A stretch of DNA of 64,000 nt from Paecilomyces variotii (taxonomy: Eukaryota), in NCBI GenBank assembly GCA_004022145.1, contig RCNU01000008.1; one strand, 5' to 3'. The stretch's first letter is position 1, and each line of letters opens with the position of its first letter. This document shows, one piece after another, positions 11,783 through 23,356 of this stretch. A program made the position numbers and the translations under genes. The notes below the pieces were generated by a model. It searched no databases. It was not told the DNA's origin and saw only the letters and a program-made list of their open reading frames with translations.

Positions 11783-12869
11783 TTACTCCTCCTTTTCTTC
11801 AGGGAGCACTGTATTAGGGTCCTCCCCGATCTGCTCACTCACTGATCGTACGACCTGCTTGATAGCCTTCGAAGCCGGACTGTCCGGGAAGTTATCCACA
11901 AAACTCTCGCCGTAGTCGCAAGCCATTCCTACTCTGGGGTCAAGGGGAACTGACCCCAGGAATGGGATCCCCATCTTTTTCGCAAGTCTCTTTCCACCCC
12001 CTGTCGTCTTTCGGAAAATCTGACTTTCAGTTTTACAATTGGGACAGGCGAATCCACTCATATTCTCCACGAGCCCTAGAATACGGATTCCGGCTTTGCG
12101 ACAGAAGTCGATCTCTTTTCGCACATCGAGCAGGGAGACTTCCTGGGGCGTCGTCACAACGACAGCACCATCGACGCCAGATTCTTTCAGGAGACTGTTA
12201 ACCGAAAGATGTTCATCCGATGTTCCCGGCGGAGTGTCAATGATGAGATAGTCCAGATCGCCCCATTCGACATCTTTGAGGAATTGTTTGATAAGTCCGT
12301 TCTTTTTGGGGCCCCTCCAGATGACCGCCTGATCCCGAGACGGAAGCATGAACTGAATCGACATGGCGCCAAGATTATCTGTCACCCACACAGGGCTCCA
12401 TCCTGCATTGCTAACATGAATTGTTTCCTCCTCCACACCCATCATCTTGGGTATTGACGGCCCGCAGATATCTGTATCGCAGACACAAACCGTGGACTCC
12501 GGGTTGGAGGCAAAAGCGTGAGCGAGCAGCGTAGAGAACGTCGACTTCCCCACACCTCCTTTCCCGGAAAGAACTAGGATCTTGTGTCGAATTGAAGCGA
12601 GACGGGCCGTTACGACAGGAATGTCTGGATCGGGTCCCTTTGGCGCTGAAGCACAGATCGCTTGGTTTGGACATCCGGCGCAAGCGTCGCCTTTCCCTGC
12701 TTGCTCAGACTCGGGGCCTGGGCAGTGCTCTAATCGAAAGTCAACAAAATGTGCGATGCAAACGACCATGGAGCCAATATTTACCTGGTTCTGGAGCAAC
12801 GAGGTTGGAGTCGAGCTTGGATTGTGTTGCGACATACGCCGCAGTCGGCTCCTCCAGAGATGGCGCCAT
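11783..12869 (-). CDS. NBP35: Cytosolic Fe-S cluster assembly factor Nbp35, 1 intron
   Basis: MAPSLEEP...[31 protein letters not shown]-terminal Fe-S motif; P-loop [26 protein letters not shown]. Confidence 0.96.
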
Positions 12870-14446
12870 GTCCGCAGATATTCTACTCTACTTGTGACGA
12901 CCTAACCAAGTAGACCAAGATAAATGCGCCTTAAGTTATGGAAGATGTAGAGGTCAGAATGACAGAGTAACAACGATGTACCATAAGGATCAAAACTGAA
13001 AAAGTGAGAGAGGAATCACTGATAGGCGCTGGAGCTGATTGATAATGGAAGTGGGATGACAAACCCCGGGGTGGCGACTGGCGGGGACGGTGGACTTTTC
13101 TGGCGTCAGATTAGCTACGGTACTCATTTACACAGAGTATGCTGAGGAAGCGCTCATTATTATTGGCTTTTCTACTGTAAGGGTTCTTTCTGATCAGGGC
13201 TCTTTTCTTTCTTTTCTCTATTTTTTTTCTTTGTTTACGAACAGCATAGGGTAACTGCGTATCCCAATTGCGCAATGATAAGAGAGGGATCCTTGTTGGC
13301 CGCGCTACTATTATAAACACCCACTCCATGAGTGAGAATAAAATCCCTAAAAAGCCATGTTTGCCTTTCGACTTATGAAGAAGAAGATGAAGAAGGAAAA
13401 AAAAAAAAAAACACTTGTTGTCAAGGATGCCCACGGGGAAATTCCGGGCATATATCTGCCCACAGACGAACGCCTCGAACTCGAACTCAAAACCATGTGC
13501 TGTTACCCACGAAGAGAATGGAATGAGAGTAGATAGATTAGTTACTCGAGCTGACATGAGAACTGTCGCTCTGAGATAGCTCTGAGATGGTATTACTGCC
13601 ACATCAAGGACAGAGACGAAGTGATTTCCGGGATAATCGTTGTGCTTGGAAATGCCTGGATTAGAAGTTATCCAGTAAGCGGTGGCTATACCATCTCCAC
13701 GAGGTGTCAGTTTCCAGTGTGAGGCTAGTTGCAATAATCTGATCTCATTTGCTGGTCCTTCACATATACTCTCGAGTATGTGCCGCAAGGGCCTGGACAA
13801 GCTCGTCTCAAGGCTCCAGGCAAGGATTAGAAGCGTTGATCATCCACGCTTGGCGATGAAAACAGCGTTCTCTTTTTCAAGTTTCAACACCATCCAAGAT
13901 CTGCTTCCCCGCATCTTCTCCAAGTCAGCGGCAATTCTCCGTCCCGAAAGGACACACCGTAGATTCTATGATACTCTAGAGCAGATGCAATAATGGATTC
14001 TTCCTCCAGTTAATAATTATTATTTATTAAATAATAACCCCAAATTCTAGTTACCAATCTCGCCAAGAATGCACTGTGGATTATTAACATTCTGTCCACT
14101 TCGGCCGATTTCGCTGGCGAACGAAAGGAACTCGGTCGGTCCGGACTCCACGGGGATCCGAATACGGTCTCGTCATCGGCCAGGCGGAGGCTAAACCGAC
14201 TAATAATAATAACGGATGAATATTCAACAACATCGTCACGGATAGTTGAATAATAATGGTTTTTGTTGGGCTTGGTCCTATCTAGCTTATGCCACTGCAG
14301 GGACCGTCTCACTATATCTAGCGCCCGCTCGGACACAATCACAAGCCAATTCAGAACAACCCCAACCCCGGCTGCAATAATTCCTTCCCGCATTCCATGT
14401 ACTGAGCGATTTGTTCAATCCATTGTTGGCTGAATTACAAGCCATA

Positions 14447-17400
14447 ATGGACGACAGGCACTCGACAAGCACATATCGTGCAGACGATGGTCTGCGTGAG
14501 AGAAATGTTGCCTCTCAGCAGGCTGCTCTCAACGCTGGCCGAGCAGTTCTCGCAAACATGGCCGAGGGAGAGGTAAAGGACGAAGAAGGAAAAGACAAGA
14601 AGACCTTTGGACGAACACCGGATGGAACAGGTGAGTAGCTGTCTGTTGAACTGCTTCTTGCCCATTTGGAGAGCAGTCGATGCCCTATGTCGTGCATTTG
14701 GTGTTGCGATGGCTGCCTACGGCATGTCTGCATCTGCCAGGAACTGGGCCTAGAACGAGAACGAGTGTCAAACAACCCGGGGAGATTGGTACTAACACTG
14801 TGACACCCGCTAGTCTTTACTGTCCCTCAGACGCATGACATGGTCACTCAGTTATTATCACCTTCGGAACCGAAGAACCTGTCGGATCTGGTTGTTCTTT
14901 TGATTCTCGGTCTTCATTTCGCCGGCCTCTGGCTTCTTCCGTCATCCGCCAGAGTCCCAGTATTCGCGGCCGTGTACCTTTTCTGGCGCGCCTGCTACAA
15001 TGCTGGGATCGGTTGGTTGCTTCACAATCAATCGCAGCACAAGACATTGGTCCGTTGGGCGGCGAAAACGAAGATATTCGTAAACCCGGCCACCGGGAAG
15101 AACCCACATCCAGAACTCTACAAGCTCATCAAGCGTGAATTGGAGATCAAGATCCCCAAAGATTACTCCTTCGATGACGCGCCACTGGAGTATAACACCT
15201 GGCTTGTATTTAGACGTCTCGTGGATCTGATCCTGATGTGTGACTTTGTCTCGTACTGCCTCTTCGCTTTAGCTTGCAGCGGCCGCCCTGCTAATGAGAG
15301 TCTGCTCATGGGTACTGTCCGGTGGGCCTCTGGCATCATTATCGTACTGTTCAACCTTTGGGTCAAATTGGATGCTCACCGGGTCGTCAAGGATTACGCA
15401 TGGTATTGGGGTGATTTCTTCTACCTCATCGACCAAGAACTGACATTCGACGGGGTCTTCGAAATGGCCCCCCATCCGATGTATTCCGTCGGATATGCTG
15501 GCTATTATGGTATTTCTTTGATGGCCGCGAGCTACAAAGTGCTCTTCATCTCCATTATCGCCCATGCAGCACAATTCGCCTTCCTGGTACTCGTGGAGAA
15601 CCCTCATATCGAGAAAACGTACAACCCCCCAGCTCCCCGAAAGCGAAGTACGGACCACGGAACTATTTCTACAGTATCGCACGAGTCGGCTATCCCTAAC
15701 GCGCCATCAGCCACTGCCGACCCTGCACCCATAGTACCTACTTTCACTCCTAAGCAACCCCCATTGACCCACAATCTCTTGGGCCTACGCAACCTGGACC
15801 TGTATCGGACCACGGATTCGTCCATCATCCTCATCCAACTTCTGTTGTTAACTCTGACTGCTGTGACGCCCTCAACCCCGGTTTACCAGTTCTTTTTTGT
15901 GCTTAATGCTGCCCTTTGGAGAATCTGGTACTCGGGTGGGATCGGGTATGTCCTGAACCAACAATCGAACAGTAAGGCGTGGACCCGTCACTTCGTGAAG
16001 TATGGCGAAACTCCCGAGGAAGCATGGCGCCAATGGAAAGGCACGTATCATCTGAGTATGACCATGTGCTATGCTAGCTTCATCGCTGCCTGCTGGAAGA
16101 TGTACTCTCTCCCGCCGGACTGGGGCTATGGCCTAGCGCTCTTGAAACACGTTCTCGGGGCCGGTATGATTGCTCTCCAGATTTGGACGTCAGTCAGCAT
16201 TTACGATTCACTCGGTGAATTCGGCTGGTTCTTCGGGGATTTCTTTTTCGAAGCGCCCCGAAAGCTGACTTATAGTGGCATCTACCGCTTCCTAAACAAT
16301 CCGGAGCGTGTCCTAGGCCTGGCCGGTGTCTGGGGAGCTGTGCTCATCACAGGAAGTAGAGTGATTCTTGTCCTTGCCATAATCAGCCACATTCTAAGTT
16401 TGGCCTTCATTCAGCTGGTCGAGCGTCCCCACATGCAGAAGCTATACGGGCGCAGTTTGCGACGTGATGCCGGTCTGGTCAAGAGCCTGAAGCGTAGTCT
16501 GCCCCCGTCCCTCCAGCAGTTGCATGGAAGTGTGGATAAGATCTTTGATGAATCTTTCGAAATCGTCGAAGATCTACTCGAGGCGGCTCGGCCCAAGCTA
16601 GCCGCGGGCGTTAGTACGTTTGTCAAAGATACAACCGCCCTCTTTCAGAAATACCCTGCCCGCATCACCATCTCTCGTCTCGACGCTGATCTGGCTGGCT
16701 ATGACCAGCGAGACTATACCTTGACCGTTGAAGGCACCGAAGTGTCTTCAGGAGCCGAGCATGAGCATCGCAGCGGTAGAGAGGGTGTTAACGCCCGCAT
16801 GCCTCTTGATAGACGAGGTGAACAGAAGAATCTAGTCTTCCAATACGGAGCTCCGATCAGGGTCAAGTGGACTGCCCCCTTAAACCACAGCAAGAACGAC
16901 TGGGTCGGATTGTATATGGTCACCGACAACACGTCTCGCGAAGTCACCAGAGTGTCATCTCAAGGCCGCTGGATTGCAACGAACTGGGGCACCTTTGACT
17001 CCGTCACCTGCGAAGAAGGGATCATCAGCAGCGATGTTGTGATTCCAGCATCGGAAATTCATGACGGTGAGAATCATGATCTCGCGTCTGGTGAGATGGT
17101 CTTCTCGGGCGACAAGCTCTGGTGGACACAGGGTGTTTTCGAATTCAGGTACCACCACAACGGCAAGCACAACGTTATGGCCATCTCGAGACCTTTTGAG
17201 ATCAGTATTAGTCGCTTTACCGAAGACGAAATTGAAGCAGATCAGCATGGCATGGTTCAAACAGCAGTGGAGAATGCCTTACTGCCTGTCGTCCGCAATT
17301 GTTTCGACCGCAACCCCGATATTGCGCCGGAGACTGTTGATGAGCAGTACGGTAGTCTAGTTGAGCGCGACGGCAAATATGCAAAGAGAGTGGTCTTCGC

Positions 17401-17737
17401 AGTTCGCCAGATGTAAGCAGCCCTAAGTAGTTGCCATCCAATAATGATATTAACCCAGTGACAGGTTCGGTGTCGAGTTCGCACCGGAAGTCGTCCGCGC
17501 CGATGGCAATGTCCGCAATCTAGCATGGAGGATATGCAACGCGAAGAAAGTCCTGGTACGCAAAGCCCACCCCATACACTATTTCCATAGGCCCGATCTC
17601 AGCGCTACTATGTCTCCTTTAAAACCATGACCCAGGCTAATCAAATCTATCTATACCTACAGGCTCCCTACAGCATGACGCGGTCCAACGGAACGACCAC
17701 GCCAACTGAAGAGAAAAAGGAACCCCTGCTGGAGTGA
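14447..17737 (+). CDS. CHO2: Phosphatidylethanolamine N-methyltransferase Cho2, 3 introns
   Basis: [22 protein letters not shown]; two PEMT repeats (WYWGDFF...[13 protein letters not shown] and GWFFGDFF...YRFLNNPE). Introns 14631-14813, ~17413-17464 and ~17556-17662. Stop at 17735-17737. Confidence 0.96.
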
Positions 17738-18419
17738 AATATCAGCAGACCCCCCAGAATCCGTTTACAGTAAGCATTATTTATTTCACAGATGTGAGCT
17801 AGTTCAGTAGGAACTTTCTCCGGCCCTCTCCAATAGCAAAACCGCATCAAAAAAGAAAAGAATATGCATGGGCCGGGCTCGGGCGGCAGTCTATCAATAG
17901 AGGGGTATCATTATATTTGCATACGACTGGAATTTTTTTTTAGCCCCATTCCCTAGCTTCTTGCCATGCATGAAAGAAATGAATTAAAAAAATGAAGTGG
18001 ATTGTGTCTCAGAAGAAAAAAAGTGGGATGAGTTGATGACCCGTTCTCGTTGTGTGGAGGATCGATTTTAGTTTGCTATTTTTTATTTTGTTTTAAATCT
18101 GGCCACATGTGAATACCCTATAGCCATAGTACGGATCATTATTTGTTCTGTACCTTGTACATAGCTTCCATAAGACATACATAAGGAGTATCATCATGAA
18201 AGCAATAGACTAGGGATATGCATAGAGCAGGATTTCTCATTAGATAAATTCATTTTCAATAACTATACGACTACGCACTATTCAAGTACTCGACGGTGTA
18301 TAGGTTAGATACCTACAACAAATCGACACTGTCAGCAAAAAGTCCCCCTCTTGGTTATTCCGTCAACGCTGACAGAATGGGTGAACATATTGAAAGCCGA
18401 CGCAATGAACGATATGAAG

Positions 18420-18766
18420 CATTTTTATTCAGTAAAGCCAGTTAACTCATCCCATCCCCTGCCGATTCCTCCCTTCGGACCCGGCACCCAAAACGAGCAC
18501 ACGGACCCAAAGGGAGGCAAGGGCACAAGTCAAGCATAACACTTGACACCAACAATATACACAGCGAGAGGTGACTCCAAACCAACTTCACAACCTATCA
18601 TCCTCTCCCGGGACACTCCCTCCCGAAGGAGAGAATACCCAGGAAAGTCCGGTATCAGGAAGCGGGGGCGACGTCACTGAGTACATGTATGGTGCAGCGC
18701 GTACTCGAGGGGCGGTATCTCGAAAGAGTCGTTGAATGGATTGACTGGGTGTCATCATGAAAAATG
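18420..18766 (-). ncRNA. Long (~347 nt) structured intronic box C/D RNA, target unknown
   Basis: Terminal stem CATTTTT/AAAAATG; C box ATGATGA (18758-18752); D' CTGA (18658-18655); ~20-bp C(UUCG)G hairpin; C'-like ATGATAG (18601-18595); further G-U-rich hairpins; D box CTGA (18432-18429). Lies inside intron 18818-18313. Confidence 0.75.
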
Positions 18767-18964
18767 GGGGATAATCGAGAGAACGTGTAGGCCGGCTAAC
18801 TTGATGGGGTCTCCTTACCTCTACTTGAGAACAGATTTGTGGTGCAGCCCCTTATGAGAGGTAAGAGTTTTTACAAGAAGAGTGATTCTGTTTCTCTTAA
18901 CTGATGTTAGCCATGACTGTGACACCTTGGGAGAGCAAGATAGAATCGCGTGGATAATAGTGAT

Positions 18965-19051
18965 AGTATCAGGAGATTTTTGGTAAGGTATTTTGTTATC
19001 TTCAATATGTTTGCAGAAGCAGAACTGAAAAAATGTTTCTCATCATAATGG
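18965..19051 (-). ncRNA. snR61: Box C/D snoRNA, snR61 homolog (25S Am1133 guide, yeast numbering)
   Basis: C box ATGATGA (19046-19040). Guide TTCAGTTCTGCTT before D' CTGC is complementary to 25S AAGCAGAACUG. A second element CTTACCAAAAAT is complementary to the adjacent AUUUUUGGUAAG. D box CTGA at 18972-18969. Confidence 0.88.
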
Positions 19052-19234
19052 ATGGCTCGGGAAGATAATAATTCAATAATATGTGTGTGTGTCTTACCTT
19101 GTTAGTTCAGGAAACTGAATTTTCAAACACGGAAATTTTGCCGCGAAAAGACTATTCTGCTACCTGAATGCGAGCATTAGCAAGCCTATCACCATGAAGT
19201 TGATTGGAAATGATCATAGCGAGAATAAGAATGA

Positions 19235-19319
19235 CTGTCAGATGGTAGTGCATGTTTGTTCAATGGCTCATGAAGTTGTCGCCGGAACAGAAATTTTTGG
19301 TTTGATTTCCTCATGCAAG
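19235..19319 (-). ncRNA. snR55: Box C/D snoRNA, snR55 homolog (18S Um1269 guide, yeast numbering)
   Basis: C box ATGAGGA (19314-19308) and D box CTGA (19241-19238). The preceding CATGCACTACCAT is complementary, with one G-U pair, to 18S (A)UGGUGGUGCAUG, and the D+5 rule lands on the U methylated by snR55. rRNA sequence recalled, not aligned. Confidence 0.85.
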
Positions 19320-19677
19320 TGGTGAATGATAGAGGGGATGCTGAGGACTTACATAGGGAATGTCAGTAAGCATGGATAAACCAGCTTCGAATCCCGTCAC
19401 ATTTCCAGGAGAGCGCTGGTGGTAATAATATTGGACAGCAGAGCAATATCCTCAGTGTGGGAGAAAGAAGAGAAGTTCTCGAGCGGCAGCTGGAAAAAAG
19501 GCAGCGATTCCGTTAGCTCCAAAGCAACCAAACAGTGCAAACATCCCTCCAAAATTGTAGATTTCCGTTTCTGGGACGTCCAGGTGGACGGCATTGACAG
19601 CTACGACGAAGCTTCATCTGCTGTCCGATCACTTTCTTACTACTTCAGCGCTGTGATATGATAGCAAGTCATGTGTA

Positions 19678-20735
19678 ATGACTGACAGAAGAAGGATCAA
19701 TGGGCCGCCCGGCGGCACGAGGCCGCCAGTCTTTGCGTCGCTTTTGAAGTCCGCGACAGGCGCTGCGACAGAGAGGCCGACGCGGACGAGACAGCCTACT
19801 GAACTCAGAAAGATTTGTATGATCCCTAAGTATAGGGTTTGATTTGACAACTGAGACTGACATCTCCCCTCTCGTGTGTAGTCCTAAAGACGGGCCTCAT
19901 TCCCTCTGCGACAGGCTCCGCATATCTTGAAATCCAACCTTCCAACTCCACCACCAACTCGACTTCCAAGTCTCTTGTTCCGCCCTCCTCTGCTCTCAAA
20001 CTCACATGTACTGTTCATGGACCTAAGCCTCTACCACGGTCAGCGGCTTTCTCCCCGAATCTTGTGCTTACGACGCACGTGAAATACGCACCTTTCGCTG
20101 CTCGCAGACGAAAGGGTCATATCCGCGATGCCAGCGAACGCGATCTCGGGGTGCACCTCGAAACTGCAATTCGCGGTGCGATCATAGCTGAGCGCTGGCC
20201 GAAGAGTGGGCTGGACGTTACGATCACAGTGTTGGAGGCAGAAGATGACCGATGGTGGGGCGATACTCCGGGCTCGCACGACGCCTCGTGGGGAATGATG
20301 AACGTTCTTGCTGGTTGTATCACAGCTGCCTCTGCAGCCATCGCAGATGCTAGGATCGACTGTCTAGACTTGGTTTCTGGAGGAGTCGCTGCCCTCGTTG
20401 CGGAGCCTGATGCACCGGACGCACCGAAACTACTGCTCGATACCGACCCTGCTGAGCATCAATCCATCATATCCGCTTGTGTTGTCGGCTACTTGCCCTC
20501 TCGTGATGAGATCACTGAGCTGTGGCTCAAGGGCGATACCTCTAGGATATCCTTAAGTGCTGATGACAAGCGCTCCGGACACGAGGCCTTAATTGATGGG
20601 GCCGTCGATGCGGCTCGTGCAGCCCAAACGGTTCTCGCAGAGGCTGTCAGAGAATCCGCAGAGCATTATGCTCAGATGATGGCCGGATCTACAGGAGCGA
20701 CGGGTAATAATGGAGATGTTGAAATGAAGGTGTAA
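19678..20735 (+). CDS. MTR3: Exosome RNase PH-like subunit Mtr3, 1 intron
   Basis: MTDRRRINGP...RTRQPTELRKIF|LKTGLIPSATGSAYLE; CTVHGPKP; HVKYAPFA; WPKSGLDVTITVLEAE; AAIADARIDC. Intron ~19817-19881. Confidence 0.88.
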
Positions 20736-21224
20736 AGCCATGTGTTCTCCTTCACAACCTTTCTCTAAAAGTACAAAGCTACAGGTGGATCTCTTTCATG
20801 GTTTGGCGTTATGCAGTATTAGAATAAAGATACGATTCATGTCCCCAAGAAGGAACATTTCTCTCATTGTGCCAATAATGGACTATTCGATAATGCATGT
20901 ACACATGCTCCGCTGTCCAGAAGATATCATCCGACAGAGAGCTAGGCCCGCATATAACGCTTTCCTGCAGAGAGCCCTGAAAGAGACTGCACGCTGAAAC
21001 TTATGCGGGCCTGAAACACACTCTTGCACCTATTCCTTCGGTTTAAGAGTACTTCTGCGTATCTAGCACTCTTCTGAATTGTTGTTCATGACCCTCATAC
21101 GGTTGATCTATCCTCTGACAGATACTATTTGAGACAAACACTCCGGAACTTCTCAAATCTTCTTATCCTATTCTCGCTAGCACCACAAGATCACAAGAAG
21201 CTCTGAAGGGTAGCCTTACCTGGC

Positions 21225-22634
21225 ATGCCATCCAAAATCCAGCTGGACATCAACCTCCGCTTTCTCTATCTCTGCCTACAAAACTCGGACTACAGATCCG
21301 TAAGTAACAACTTCCGCTGAGATAACAGCAGAAACACAAAGCCAAAGTACTCACTTAGCTGCTGGCATTCGCTTCTGCTAGTATATCCTACTGACGGAGG
21401 GCTTATTCTTCAGATCGACTTCCGTGCAGTCGGCGAACAGGCCGGCCTCAACGCACCAGCGGCTCGGATGCGATTTTCACGACTGAAGAAGCAGATCGAA
21501 CAAGGAAGTATGAACGAAGATTTCAAGGCTGCGTCACAGAAGAACGCTGCCTCTCGTGCGAAGAAACCCGAGGAGAAAGGAGAAGCCGACGATAACCCTA
21601 CTCTTGACAGCGGAGCAGAATTTCCGGTGACGAAAGTGAGTACGAGACCAGGAAATGACAAACTCAACTTGAAAGATTCCTTTGATTACGGGATTCCTCC
21701 TGAGGCAGATAAAGATGCCAAATACGAAAGCGATGGCAGTCTGTACGAAGCTGAATGCGCCGATATTGAGACGGATGAGGATATCCCGCTCGCTAAGAGG
21801 ACGAAGACGACACGAAAGCTTGAAAAACAGAAAATAAAGGAACGGCCCGTGACCCAACATGTGGCCCGCGATGAGGACTGTCAGGAACGTGCTCGTACAT
21901 CTCTCAACCTCAGGGGGGGCCAGGGCGGAGTGAAGATAGAACTCTTGAGTGATGATGAAGACCAAGCACCGAGGCACAAAAAGCATGCCCTGAAAACTCC
22001 TGGTACTCATTCTATCTCCGATGGCTCTATGCAGGCCATCTCGAAAGGGCAACAACATACGTCGAATGAAGGTGCGAACGGGTCGCTTGAAATCGGGCGG
22101 CGAAACGAGATGGTTAGGAGCACGTCTGCAACAATGTCAAGGACACCTTATATTACACAGGCAGGCGTACCTCACCATCGACAACACAGTGATGGATACA
22201 CTGCCCATCCTTTTTCTCGTCCGTTCCCGAGTAGTTTCCGCCTCCAGCGAACAAACAACGAACCCCGGGGCCCGGCCACCACCTATAGTTTTGGCCCAGA
22301 AGCTATTGAGAATGACCGCATCGATCCAATAATAAGACCGCCGTTTTTTAGAAGCCGCCGTGCAACGCCAGGTATCGGTCATAGAGGACAGCGTCCCATA
22401 TCACAGAGAGGCATGGCAGACCATGCAGAGACTATGCAGGAAGTTCAGGCTCAATCAGAGCCTGCGGAAATCGGTCGCGAAGAGACAACTGCAGATCAGA
22501 CTGCTGCTGGATGCAACACGTCTGAGACAGACCAATTGGCAACTAGAGCTTCTACCGAATCTCAGGAACCAAGTCAGAAAACCCGACCTCAGATGCCGCA
22601 AACCGTCATCGACCTTGAAGGTGATCTGGAGTAA
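21225..22634 (+). CDS. Hypothetical protein: short N-terminal Myb-like helical domain plus long disordered tail, 1 intron
   Basis: MPSKIQLDINLRFLYLCLQNSDYRS|IDFRAVGEQAGLNAPAARMRFSRLKKQIE resembles the fungal FL..C/IDF..V/AA.MR..RL Myb-like motif. Intron gtaagt (21300) to cag (21413). Confidence 0.7.
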
Positions 22635-23356
22635 TATCTAGCAACTTCTGGATCTGTCTATTGTGCTTACCCTGTGTCTTTCATTTCATTAATAACCGGG
22701 TGTCTGATGTGAACATCAGTATGTGTAGTAAATGATAGAGTCATAGACGATTCGAGAGTAACTCCAGTGACTCCGTTAACTCCGTTGGTTAATTGATATG
22801 ATGCCCCTCCATAGTAATGTATAGCACACGATGGAAAGGTCACCGGGTTGAACTAGCGTCAGATATACACCGGCTTCACCGATAACCTTCTGACATATAA
22901 GGCTGTGAATTAGCGATAGGCTATGACGACGTAGGACAAATTTGACAGCAGTTTAGTTTATCCTGTAAAAGAGGATAGATTATATTGTGCATCTTGTGGA
23001 ATTTGAAGACGTGCTTGAATTATAGCAGACTAATTACCGCAGGTGGACGACTGGTGAGTAGTCGGTGGTGGGATACTACAGTACCTAGTCTATCCCGGTT
23101 CCGCTTCGCATTTGTGTGTCGGAGCCGGAACCGGGATTCGTGGGAGTGGTATATAGTAACGTGTCCACGAATCCAACTCGATGATTGGAAAGACAACTTC
23201 TCACACACAGATACTGTTCTATCCTAGAAATTTCACTTAAGTAAGGCTGCTATCCCACGTTTTGCACCTCTTGACTCATTCTGCTGCGTTGCTCTGGGTT
23301 CTGACTTACTGCACAGTTCTCTCCCGTCGAACTCAAACCACCAAGCCGTAAACACA

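Larger units (their letters stand above)
18200..19480 (-). ncRNA. Spliced non-protein-coding snoRNA host gene with three snoRNA-bearing introns (ends approximate)
   Basis: Three minus-strand GTAAG donors (19352, 19097, 18818), each with a branch site (GCTAAT ~19180, GCTAAC ~18910, GCTGAC ~18335) and an AG acceptor (19164, ~18901/18888, 18313). Exons are short with no ORF. Each intron holds one C/D box pair. Confidence 0.8.

Noticed and set aside
13111-13800. 229-aa minus-strand ORF between NBP35 and CHO2
   Set aside because: Non-ATG start, runs through homopolymer tracts (poly-Phe, poly-Lys) and has no domain; looks like promoter DNA.
18642-18652. GGAAAGTCC on the plus strand resembling the RNase P/MRP CR-I motif
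   Set aside because: No complementary CR-V found. The G-U pairs, UUCG loop, C/D boxes and splice signals all point to the minus strand.
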